Both the position numbers and the translations under genes were made by a program. 64,000 bases of DNA from an uncultured Gammaproteobacteria bacterium (lineage in GTDB: Bacteria; Pseudomonadota; Gammaproteobacteria; SZUA-229). Positions 20,802 to 30,224 of this stretch are shown one piece after another. The notes beneath the pieces were generated by a model. It searched no databases, had not been told where the DNA came from, and saw only the letters and a program-made list of their open reading frames with translations. The stretch covers positions 23,655-87,654 of the forward strand of contig CAVWXQ010000014.1 of assembly GCA_963759005.1 (NCBI GenBank), in the 5' to 3' direction. The number at the start of each line of letters is the position of its first letter. Position 1 is the stretch's first letter.

Positions 20802-21830
20802 ATGTCCAAATGTCTGAAGTTTTTAGTCGCCATGCCAGTACAGCTTGTTTTGCTTCTGTCAATGTGCGCATGTAGTAATCCTAAATTTCAGACGCGACCA
20901 GATACCACTCTTCATAACACCCGACTAACGCCCGGGTCAGTGATAATGTCTGACGGTTATGTGTTACCCATGAAGACATGGCCATCTACAGATGACCCCG
21001 CCTTCGTGGTGCTCGCCATGCACGGTTTCAATGATTACAGCAACGCCTTCGATGCGACTGCACATAAATTTGCAGATAATTTGATCACTACCTACGCCAT
21101 TGACCAGCGCGGCTTCGGTGCGACCAGGCAGCACGGCATCTGGGCTGGAGACAGCACCCTGCAATCCGACCTCATAGCAACGGTCAATCTGCTGTGCGAG
21201 AAACACTCTGGTCTGCCATTATTCCTGCTGGGCGAGAGCATGGGCGGTGCTGTTATACTCAGTGCAGCACAGCAGTTGAAACGGACCTGCATACAGGGTG
21301 TAATCCTGTCATCCCCTGCCGTATGGGGCTGGCAAACCATGCCATGGTGGCAAACAGTGCCGCTAAGACTTCTCGCCCATACACTTCCCGAACTCACAGT
21401 GACCGGTGAAGGCCTGGAAATTCATCCGTCGGACAACGTCGAAATGCTACGTGCATTAGGTAGTGACTCCCTGATCATTAAAGAGACACGCATCGACGCG
21501 CTCTACGGGCTCACTGACCTAATGGAAACCGCCCTGGTAAACAGCGGGTCACTGAAAATGCCAGCATTAATCCTGTATGGCGAACACGATGAAATCATTC
21601 CACCAAAACCATTCTGCCAGATGCTCAATAAGCTGCCTGATAGAGCCACATCTCATTGGCGCCTGATGCTCTACCCCAACGGGTATCACATGCTATCACG
21701 TGATTTGCAGGGTGAGACTGTAATCCAGGATATGGTAACGTGGATACACAACCAAAAATCCTGGTTACCTTCTGGTCAGGAAATTACTCAGAACACCTCT
21801 CGCTTATCGGCGCTGAGTGAATGCGATTAA
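20802..21830 (+). CDS. secreted alpha/beta-hydrolase (lysophospholipase/monoglyceride lipase-like)
   Basis: HGFNDY plus GESMGG (GxSxG nucleophile elbow). Signal peptide. Confidence 0.7.
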   Translation: MSKCLKFLVAMPVQLVLLLSMCACSNPKFQTRPDTTLHNTRLTPGSVIMSDGYVLPMKTWPSTDDPAFVVLAMHGFNDYSNAFDATAHKFADNLITTYAIDQRGFGATRQHGIWAGDSTLQSDLIATVNLLCEKHSGLPLFLLGESMGGAVILSAAQQLKRTCIQGVILSSPAVWGWQTMPWWQTVPLRLLAHTLPELTVTGEGLEIHPSDNVEMLRALGSDSLIIKETRIDALYGLTDLMETALVNSGSLKMPALILYGEHDEIIPPKPFCQMLNKLPDRATSHWRLMLYPNGYHMLSRDLQGETVIQDMVTWIHNQKSWLPSGQEITQNTSRLSALSECD

Positions 21831-21902
21831 CTACACACTAACCATTACCAACACCTTGTTATTCTGTGGATTGAATAACTACATTGAGGAATCTCTAATT
21901 AA

Positions 21903-22318
21903 CCCGGATATTTCATAGTAATGCAGAATTTTGGGGAAATATCAGTGAGTCAGTTTGTACGATTCACCGATAAAATCGTAGGAACGATTTTACATGAGCG
22001 AAGCGAGCCCGTAGGGTTAATGGGCAGGAGGCCCGTAATTAAAGCATAGCCGTTCGGCACACCGCTTCGCTGCTCCATGCATTGCCCTACTACCGTACTT
22101 CCTATACATAAGCTATGGTTACAGGGGAATCGTACAAAATGGCCGCTGATATTTTTCCAAAAACTGCATATACTGCCATGGATGGCAGGTAGTAGGGCAA
22201 TGCAGGAGCTATTGCCGAGCATTGTCAGGTACATAGTGTACTTCTCTAATATACTGCTATTTCTTATAATAATCATAGCGTTAAGCAAGATTAGCAGCGT
22301 TCCTATGAAATATCCGGG
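21903..22318 (-). mobile_element. MITE copy 2 with about 170 bp of nested insertions
   Basis: Same TIRs in inverse orientation. Contains extra internal segments that are inverted repeats of each other (gcattgccctactacc / ggtagtagggcaatgc). The terminal ...GGGTT overlaps the TAA stop of the ada-like gene. Confidence 0.7.
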
Positions 22319-23173
22319 TTAAGTTGACAATCCAGTTCTCGCCGCCTCCCATAGATGAATTGCGTGCTTTCGAGTCTCGCCCCAATGATAGCCACCAAGA
22401 TTTCCGCTTTGTTGAATAACACGATGACAGGGTATAAGAAACCCAATCGGGTTTGAACCGATAGCCCTGCCAACAGCACGGGCTGAATTTGGACGTCCAA
22501 TTGAAGCAGCCACCTGAGAATAACTCACTACTTTGCCCATTGGAATATCAAGCAAAGCCCGCCAGACACTTACCTGAAAATTTGTACCAGAGACCAGTAA
22601 AGATAATGGGCGGTCTTTATCATTTTCTATAGCGAACATTGAATCGATAATTTCAGCTGTATGTTTGCTGTTGTTTATTAACTGCGCATAAGGCCAGCGC
22701 TTCACAAGATCTTTAATTTCCTGTTCAGCATTGCTCTCTTCAGGAAATGAAAATTTACAGATCCCTCGTGGCGTAATAGCAATAAACGCGCTGCCAAATA
22801 CCGTTTCATGAACCGCATACTCAATAGTCAGGCCACTGCCCTGCGTTTTAAATTCACCTGGCGTAACTGCCTCGAGACTAACAAAGTGGTCGTAAAGTCT
22901 CGAGCCGCTACTCAACCCGACTTCATGCGTTACCTCTAATATGGGTTTAGCCTCTTGCAGCAATTTTTTTGCGCGTTCTACGGTAAGAACCTGTAAGAAT
23001 CTTTTTGGGGTAACGCCTGCCCAACGCGTGAACATCCGCTGAAAATGATAAGAACTTAAATGAACATGCGCTGCTATTTCATCCAGGGTTGGCTGTTGCC
23101 CAACCTGATTAGTTACATAATGGATAGCTTTCGCGATTCGTTCATAATCCGACATATTTCTTATGTCCCGCAA
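22319..23173 (-). CDS. Ada-like bifunctional AraC-type regulator / methylated-DNA-protein-cysteine methyltransferase
   Basis: AraC HTH in the N-terminus. MGMT active site IPCHRVI in the C-terminus. Confidence 0.8.
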   Translation of the reverse strand: MRDIRNMSDYERIAKAIHYVTNQVGQQPTLDEIAAHVHLSSYHFQRMFTRWAGVTPKRFLQVLTVERAKKLLQEAKPILEVTHEVGLSSGSRLYDHFVSLEAVTPGEFKTQGSGLTIEYAVHETVFGSAFIAITPRGICKFSFPEESNAEQEIKDLVKRWPYAQLINNSKHTAEIIDSMFAIENDKDRPLSLLVSGTNFQVSVWRALLDIPMGKVVSYSQVAASIGRPNSARAVGRAIGSNPIGFLIPCHRVIQQSGNLGGYHWGETRKHAIHLWEAARTGLST

Positions 23174-23237
23174 TTCCTGAAATAATTTTTAACAGGTTTC
23201 ATAATTTCTCACTACTGTCTCGTTAACTGCCAGAGAC

Positions 23238-23342
23238 ATGAACCGGACACATTCACCATCGACACGCCGTAAAGCCATCCATGGCGGCTCAACACCCGCG
23301 TCCATGCAGGTGATGGTCGTTGATAAATGTGTCCGGTTCATG
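23238..23342. repeat. 17-bp perfect inverted repeat pair, 71-nt spacer, in ada-like promoter region
   Basis: catgaaccggacacatt ... aatgtgtccggttcatg. Confidence 0.3.
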
Positions 23343-23716
23343 CCTCGGATTAATGCAACCCTTATCCTGGCCTGCTACATCAGCTAGTCCAGGTAATTGC
23401 TTTTAGTTAACAGGACAACGAAGCAATATAATCAATTCCTGAACTTGTGCCCGCGACAATAGCAGCGCTCTTATATAGTGCATCCATTTCATTATTCCTC
23501 TCATCATTTTATTTTTAACTGAGAAAGCATTATGAATGATCCGATTTTATCTAACGACCCGAATCTTGCTACATAGACGAATAGTATCTTTGATATTATT
23601 CGATTTCGTCAAACAGATGTTCGACCGAGACTTCCAGGCACAACGCATAAATAAACCGAAAAGAGGTGTTGAGTCGGTGGCAAATGCTAAACACTCACCC
23701 ACCACTCCCTTCTTCC

Positions 23717-24022
23717 TTATAACTCACCCGACTCGTCCACTTCAGTAATCCAGTACATCCCCTTACCTGTAAACGATATACCCGAACCACGAAGCTCATC
23801 CAGTAAAGTTTTCGCGCGGGCATCTTCCAGAATCACATCAACACGCACCTGAGGCACATAACCCACCACTTTATCCCGAGCCGATAAAAAAGCATCCTGC
23901 TTTAATTGCGAGCTATGCTCTTCGATATGACTGAACATAAAACTGTCCAGCTGCAGGCTACGCAAACAGTCAGCCAGTTCCTGTTGCAGTGATGTATGCA
24001 CCACGATGGATAATTTTTTCAT
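23717..24022 (-). CDS. DUF3240-like P-II-fold protein, typical 3' partner of HME-RND pumps
   Basis: About 100 aa. Position overlaps the RND stop by 4 nt. I recall this family as a small P-II-like protein downstream of czc/cus pumps. Confidence 0.5.
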   Translation of the reverse strand: MKKLSIVVHTSLQQELADCLRSLQLDSFMFSHIEEHSSQLKQDAFLSARDKVVGYVPQVRVDVILEDARAKTLLDELRGSGISFTGKGMYWITEVDESGEL

Positions 24023-27000
24023 GCTGAGACCTCCACTTTTTTCACCCGCATCTTTTTCTCTAATGCTTCTTCTACCCAGGCATAGAGTGCCGGCAGTAAA
24101 ATCAATGTCAGGATGGTTGAGGTAAACAGGCCGCCAATCACCACGACGGCGAGTGGCTGCTGCAGTTCAGAGCCGGGGCCGGTCGCTGTCAGCAGGGGCA
24201 ATAAACCAAAGCTGGCTATCATGGCTGTCATCAGTACCGGTCTTAATCGTCGTTCAGCGCCCCGTCTTACCGCTTGCTGAATACTTAAACCCCTTTGCCT
24301 TAGTTGATTGAAGTAACTCACCATCACCACACCATTGAGTACCGCAACACCAAACAGGGTAATAAAACCTACCGATGCCGGTACCGACAGATAAAGTCCG
24401 GAATAATACAAACTGACGACACCGCCAATCATAGCGAAAGGGATGTTCAGAATAATCACGCCTGCCTGTAACAGCGAACGGAAAGTGGTAAACAACATGA
24501 AGAAAATAAGCACTATGGCAACAGGTACCACCAGAGCCAGTCTGGTTGATGCACGCTGCTGGTTTTCGAACTGACCACCAAAGGTAACATAATAACCCGT
24601 AGGCAAGTCCACTTTTTCTTCTATCTTACGACGTACTTCCTCGACAAAACTGACCACATCGCGGGCCTCTACATTTGACTGGATAACCACCAGACGTTTG
24701 GCCGATTCACGTATAATCTGAACCGGTCCATCCACCACTGTCACTTCGGCCAGGTGTCCCAGAGACACTTTAGTACCATTGGGTAAACTCACCAGCATTT
24801 TTTTAATGGCTGCCGCTGAGCTGCGATCTTTTTCCTGATAGCGCACCAGGATGCCGACACGACGATTATTTTCCAGTAATTCGGTCACCACCTGGCCACC
24901 GACTGCGGTTTCTACTAACCTGTTAATGTCTTCAACATGGATGCCATAACCGGAAATCACGTCCTGATTGATGTCGATCTGTAAATATTTCTGCCCTGAA
25001 ATATCAGCACGAAACACGTCTACTGCACCCGTTATATTATTCACCAGTTGTTCAATTTCGATGGCTTTCTGCTCCAGTACAAACAGATCATCACCATAAA
25101 GTTTGATTGCCATGGCAGAACGCACACCGGTTAGCATTTCTGATACGCGCATATCGATTGGCTGACTGAAGGCGTAATCAACATTATCAAAAGGGGCTAA
25201 TTTTTCACGCAAATTTTCCTGGAACTGTTGCAATGAAATATTCCATTCTTCCTGTGGTTTTGTCACCAGAAAATTATCGGTCTGATTTAAGCCCATTGGA
25301 TCCATGCGTAATTCATCAGCGCCTGTTCGCGAGGTGACGCCAATCACTTCAGGCAGCTCCATCATGGCTTTTTGAATCGGTGCGTCCATTTCCAGCGATT
25401 TTTCCAGGGTGATACTGGGATCTTTTTCTAACAGGATAACGGTACTGCCCTCATCCATGATCGGCATAAATTCTTTACCGATATGAGGGAACAGGGTTGC
25501 TGTTGCAAACAGCGCCACCAGCGCTAACCCTACCGCCGTTTTTCTATAACGTAGCGCCCAGTTCATCGCCGGTAAATAAATGATTTTCAGCACTCGCATA
25601 AGACGACCATCTGTGTCTGCATTTTGGGCCTCGGCCAGCGCATTTTCGGCCTGCTTTTCATCGTCCTGTTTTTTCGCCTGTTCATTCGGTTGATTTTGGA
25701 CATGAAGTTTCATAAAGAAACTGGCCAGCACTGGAATCACGGTTAATGACATTATTAACGAACCAATCAGGGCAAAAGTAATGGTAATGGCCAGCGGCGA
25801 AAACATTTTCCCTTCCAGTCCGGTCAGGCTAAACAATGGCAGAAACACAGCCACAATAATCAGTATGCCGGAAATAACCGGCGACGATACTTCCAGCACC
25901 GCGCGATAAACAAGGTGCAATTTATTAACACCTGCAGGCGCTTTACTGAAATGGCTATGAATGTTCTCCACCACCACGACGGCGGCATCAACCAGAATGC
26001 CAATAGCGATTGCCAGCCCGCCTAGTGACATCAGGTTGGCAGATACATTGAACAGCTTCATCATAATGAAGGTAAACAACACGGTTAACGGCAAAATTAA
26101 TGCCACCGTTAACGCACTGCGGATATCACCCAGCATAATAATTAACACCAGCAATACCAGCACAACGGCTTCACCCAGTGCTTTTTCCACCGTCCATACT
26201 GCCTTGGTAATCAGCTCGGTTCGATCATAAAACGATTCGATGCTAACGCCTTCAGGCAAAATAGCTTTTAATGTTTCCAGTGCTTTTTTAGTTTCTGCTA
26301 CCGTCTGTAAACTGTTGGCGCCTTTACGCAACAGAACCAGTCCGGTGACGACTTCACCCTCGCCATCAGCAGTTACCGCGCCATAACGTGTCATACTGCC
26401 AACGCGCACCTCGGCTACATCACTAATATGTATCGGTTCACCATAAAGTGTGCGTACGGTTATGTTCTTAATGTCGTCCACGTTGTTTAATTTTCCGACC
26501 GTACGCACCAGTAATACTTCATCGTTCTGGTTGATGCGATCACCGCCAGCATTGCGGTTACTCTCCATCAGAGCATGCTCTATTTCGTCGATACTGATGC
26601 CGTGTTTAACCAGCGTTTTCGGTTTGATAACTACTTCATAGGTACGAACTTCACCGCCCAGTGAATTAACATCTGCCACCCCTTCTACTTTGCGCAGATG
26701 CGGACGGATGACCCAGTCCTGCAAACTGCGCAATTCCTGGTTGCTATAACTCTTGCCGCTATCATCGCCGCTGTTGGTGTCGTAGTTATGGCCGATAATG
26801 CGATACATAAATATCTCACCCAGTGGGGTGGTAATGGGAGCCAGACCACCTTCAATATCGGCCGGTAATGAATCCCAAACCTGGTTGAGTCGCTCTGTCA
26901 CCAGATTACGCGCCAGATAAATATCCATGTCATCTTCAAAGTCGACAACAATCACACTTAATGCATATTTTGTTGTTGATCTAAGTACGGTCTGTCCGGG

Positions 27001-27228
27001 AATGCCCTGCATTTCCATTTCAATCGGAAAGGTAATGCGCTGCTCAACTTCACTGGGTGACATACCGGGGGCCTTGATAATAATCTGCACCTGGGGCGCT
27101 GAAATATCCGGAAAAGCATCAATCGGTAAGGTTTTAAACGACCATAAACCGGCAGCAGAAATGCCCAGTGTGACTAACACAACCATCAGTCTCTGGATAA
27201 GAGAAAAACGTAAAATTGCAGCAATCAT
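24019..27228 (-). CDS. heavy-metal efflux RND permease (CzcA/CusA family)
   Basis: About 1070 aa with 12-TM RND architecture. N-terminus MIAAILRFSLIQRLMVV...DAFPDISAPQV is typical of HME-RND. Likely start is the ATG at 27226-27228, 1 nt after the OMF stop, with RBS ggagg. Confidence 0.9.
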   Translation of the reverse strand: MIAAILRFSLIQRLMVVLVTLGISAAGLWSFKTLPIDAFPDISAPQVQIIIKAPGMSPSEVEQRITFPIEMEMQGIPGQTVLRSTTKYALSVIVVDFEDDMDIYLARNLVTERLNQVWDSLPADIEGGLAPITTPLGEIFMYRIIGHNYDTNSGDDSGKSYSNQELRSLQDWVIRPHLRKVEGVADVNSLGGEVRTYEVVIKPKTLVKHGISIDEIEHALMESNRNAGGDRINQNDEVLLVRTVGKLNNVDDIKNITVRTLYGEPIHISDVAEVRVGSMTRYGAVTADGEGEVVTGLVLLRKGANSLQTVAETKKALETLKAILPEGVSIESFYDRTELITKAVWTVEKALGEAVVLVLLVLIIMLGDIRSALTVALILPLTVLFTFIMMKLFNVSANLMSLGGLAIAIGILVDAAVVVVENIHSHFSKAPAGVNKLHLVYRAVLEVSSPVISGILIIVAVFLPLFSLTGLEGKMFSPLAITITFALIGSLIMSLTVIPVLASFFMKLHVQNQPNEQAKKQDDEKQAENALAEAQNADTDGRLMRVLKIIYLPAMNWALRYRKTAVGLALVALFATATLFPHIGKEFMPIMDEGSTVILLEKDPSITLEKSLEMDAPIQKAMMELPEVIGVTSRTGADELRMDPMGLNQTDNFLVTKPQEEWNISLQQFQENLREKLAPFDNVDYAFSQPIDMRVSEMLTGVRSAMAIKLYGDDLFVLEQKAIEIEQLVNNITGAVDVFRADISGQKYLQIDINQDVISGYGIHVEDINRLVETAVGGQVVTELLENNRRVGILVRYQEKDRSSAAAIKKMLVSLPNGTKVSLGHLAEVTVVDGPVQIIRESAKRLVVIQSNVEARDVVSFVEEVRRKIEEKVDLPTGYYVTFGGQFENQQRASTRLALVVPVAIVLIFFMLFTTFRSLLQAGVIILNIPFAMIGGVVSLYYSGLYLSVPASVGFITLFGVAVLNGVVMVSYFNQLRQRGLSIQQAVRRGAERRLRPVLMTAMIASFGLLPLLTATGPGSELQQPLAVVVIGGLFTSTILTLILLPALYAWVEEALEKKMRVKKVEVSA

Positions 27229-27229
27229 T

Positions 27230-28573
27230 TTACACTCCTCCTTCGAGCAGGCTGACATTCAGTGTATCGGCATCCGATATCATTTGCCCGGCAAACAGCT
27301 TGACCTCCGCTAACTCCACCCATGCCTGATAGAGTAATTCCATATAAGTTAAGCGTGCTTCAAAATAGGTATTATTTGCATCTACCAGAGACAATATATT
27401 TAATTCGCCACTGCTAAATCCCTTGTTGGTTAAGTCGAGCATCTTCTTCGCTGGCTTAAGCACTTTTTGTTTATAGTCCCTGGCCTGTTCAACTACATGG
27501 TTCAAATGCGTAAAGCTTTTATTCAGATTAATTTTCAACTCACGTCGCAATAACTGTAACTCGATACGTTGCTGACTGGCTTTATAGGTGGCTTTGCTTG
27601 CTGCGGTGTTTTTACGGTCATTGATTGGAATTTGAACATTGAACATGATGGCGTAAACATCACCGCGTCCACTGAGAAAGGTATCTTTTGACCAGCTCAA
27701 AGCGATAGTCGGGTCGACCATCTGGCTACTGCGAGCAACATCTATTTCATGCTTCGCCGCCAGAACCTGCTGCTGCTGGCTGGAGAGCTGTGCATGATTA
27801 TCCTGTAATGAAATCAGATTATTAATATCGGGAATTTCTTCGATAGGCTGCAGCTCAGAAACTGTTGCCACACTGCCAATCTCCAGACCTAATAATTTGA
27901 CAAACTCATTCACCACTTCATTGTATTTACCTTCAGCGCTGCTTGCTGCCTGACGCGCTTCTTCCTGAATAATGGTCAGTCGCATTTTTTCCAGTGGTGT
28001 TAAATAACGCACAACAATGCCCGCTGAATTTTTCTTTGATTGACCACCCCACTCATTAGCCAGCTGAAGCTGTTTTTCAGCCAGCTTTAATTCTGACGAA
28101 ACAAGCTGTAACTGGTGATATATTTTCGTCACACGATTTTGCACCTGCAGCGTCTGATACTGGCGGGAAAACCGGGCCGCTTTCAGACTGGCCTCAGCAG
28201 CTGATGTCTGGTATTTGATACGTGAGATTGGGATGGGCTGGCTAATCGTAATATCAGTCAGATCATACCCGCCGGTTTCATCATCCTGCCCCAATTTATT
28301 ATCGATGCGAGCGCCTATGCTAGGTTCTGGCCATAAACTGGACAGGTTTATGTCCTCCTTGCGCGCACCAATTTCAGCCATCGCCTGTTTTAATTCTGGT
28401 GAGACAGACATTGCCTGCTCAACGCTAGATTGCAAGGTCCATTGCTGTGCAATGGACGGTGTACTCAGCAGCAGCATTATTATCAGTGCCAATAGCACTA
28501 TTAGTACAGCGGTGATTTTTGAAAATACGGCTTTTGTCGACTTAATGGTGGTAAGAACGGGGGTAATAAACAT
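27230..28573 (-). CDS. outer-membrane efflux factor (TolC/CzcC/CusC family)
   Basis: 447 aa with a signal/TM N-terminus. Coiled-coil-rich two-repeat OMF pattern. C-terminal ...LNILSLVDANNTYFEARLTYMELLYQAWVELAEVKL. Confidence 0.8.
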   Translation of the reverse strand: MFITPVLTTIKSTKAVFSKITAVLIVLLALIIMLLLSTPSIAQQWTLQSSVEQAMSVSPELKQAMAEIGARKEDINLSSLWPEPSIGARIDNKLGQDDETGGYDLTDITISQPIPISRIKYQTSAAEASLKAARFSRQYQTLQVQNRVTKIYHQLQLVSSELKLAEKQLQLANEWGGQSKKNSAGIVVRYLTPLEKMRLTIIQEEARQAASSAEGKYNEVVNEFVKLLGLEIGSVATVSELQPIEEIPDINNLISLQDNHAQLSSQQQQVLAAKHEIDVARSSQMVDPTIALSWSKDTFLSGRGDVYAIMFNVQIPINDRKNTAASKATYKASQQRIELQLLRRELKINLNKSFTHLNHVVEQARDYKQKVLKPAKKMLDLTNKGFSSGELNILSLVDANNTYFEARLTYMELLYQAWVELAEVKLFAGQMISDADTLNVSLLEGGV

Positions 28574-28707
28574 ATTAAAAACTCCAGACCAGGGACTGCA
28601 AATCTGCTTTTTTAACCAGCTTTTTAGCTAGCTTCACAGTTAGTCCCACAACAACACATCAGCAGAAAACTTCTGCTGACAAAAAAATTAACGGGTTGGT
28701 TTTGAGT

Positions 28708-29055
28708 TTATTGAGGTGGCGCGCGCAGGGGCGGCGTGCCACGAAAAGGAATAATCGGTAAACGTGTCTGGCTTTCTCGCAAACGACCGATGAAGGTTCG
28801 ACACTGCACGGCTGCCAGAACAGCAATCAGCAGGAATACAGCCAGCATGCTTACACTGTTTTGTTTTACTTTCAGCACACTGTCCGGACTGACGATGATT
28901 TCATGACTACTATCATCGGGCATGAGGTGACTAGCAAAAGAACTTATGTCCACAGCAAAGCCATGCTCTACAGTTGCTGCAGTTTCCTGGGTATGAATAT
29001 GTAATTCGACGGAAGTCAGAAACAGCAACGCAGTGATCACATACATGATCAGCAT
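28708..29055 (-). CDS. small two-TM membrane protein with His cluster
   Basis: TM helices at both ends. HIHTQE...H...H in the loop. First gene of the pump operon by position. Confidence 0.3.
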   Translation of the reverse strand: MLIMYVITALLFLTSVELHIHTQETAATVEHGFAVDISSFASHLMPDDSSHEIIVSPDSVLKVKQNSVSMLAVFLLIAVLAAVQCRTFIGRLRESQTRLPIIPFRGTPPLRAPPQ

Positions 29056-29228
29056 TTTGATGGTGAGCTGTTTTTTATTTTGACGACATAATCGAATATT
29101 CTAATATATTTATACTTGTATGACCATCCCGTATACTTCACAGGAATGCCGCTGATGGGCACATACGACCCACATGGACATGGAAAGTTCGGGAAACGTA
29201 ATAAGCCTGATAATTATTTTCAATGTGT

Positions 29229-29268
29229 AAACTAATCACGGCGGCTCTAATAGCCGCCGTATTAGTTT
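29229..29268. promoter_or_regulatory. long near-perfect palindrome in divergent promoter region
   Basis: aaactaatcacggcggct-ctaat-agccgccgtattagttt (17-bp arms, 1 bulge). Confidence 0.3.
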
Positions 29269-29382
29269 GTGCCTCGAAAAGAATTTACCTGCAAGTTCCA
29301 CGAAAAAAATAAGCGTTCGCCACTATACTTAGGTAAAGTAGACTGCTGGCAACATCGACCAACTGCTGATTTTATTTTATAG

Positions 29383-30130
29383 GTGTGTAGTTATATGACT
29401 AATGTAAGTTTTCAACAATACAAAGTATGGGATGTAGCAACCAGATTATTTCACTGGATTAATTTCATAACCATTATTTGCCTTATTTTTATGGGTTTAA
29501 TTATGTTGTTCAAGAAAGAACTCGGCATAACCAGCATTGAAGCTAAAGTGGGTTTAAAAGAAGTTCATGTCATTATAGGTTATGTCTTTGTATTAAATTT
29601 TGCCTGGCGAATCATCTGGGGTTTCATCGGAAACAAATATGCACGCTGGACTAACATTGTTCCGGGCAAAGGTTTTATTAGTCTTGTTCGTAATTACATT
29701 CGATTCTGTAAAAAGCGGCGACCCCGAACAATACATCGGCCACAACCCGCTGGGACGTCTGGCAATATTATTCATTCTTTTACTTATGTTTACCTCAGCC
29801 GTAACCGGTCTGGTGCGCGCCGGCACTGATATTTATTACCCGCCTTTCGGTTCGTTTGTTGCTGACTATATTGCGGAGCCCGGTATAGACCCGGACAGCA
29901 TAAAACCTTATATTGCGGAAGGCACGAATAAAGATAAGGCTGCCAGCTTAAAAGCGTTTAAAGATCCTTTTGGTCAAATCCACATCTATTGTGCATACGT
30001 ACTTATGTTTATGATCGTCCTGCACATTTTCGTTGTGGTGCGCACCGAGGTACGAGAAGGTGGCAGTTTGATCACCGCCATGTTTACTGGCAACAAAATA
30101 TTGGCAAAGAAACCGATTGATATAGATTGA
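29383..30130 (+). CDS. cytochrome b561 / Ni-Fe hydrogenase b-type cytochrome family, frameshifted near 29670
   Basis: RLFHWINFITIICLIFMGL (frame A). GHNPLGRLAILF and HIFVVVRTEV (frame B). The two ORFs 29383..29829 and 29600..30130 overlap. Confidence 0.6.
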
Positions 30131-30172
30131 GCAGCTCACTGCACCCTGAAACAGATTATATCGAGTAACTAT

Positions 30173-30202
30173 TATCCAAAAAAAAGCCCGCCAGTTGGCG
30201 GG
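30173..30202 (-). terminator. bidirectional rho-independent terminator between convergent cytochrome genes
   Basis: aaaaaaaa-gcccgcc-agtt-ggcgggc-ttaaacaaaaa. Strong T-run when read on the minus strand. Confidence 0.6.
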
Positions 30203-30224
30203 CTTAAACAAAAATGCAACTTTA

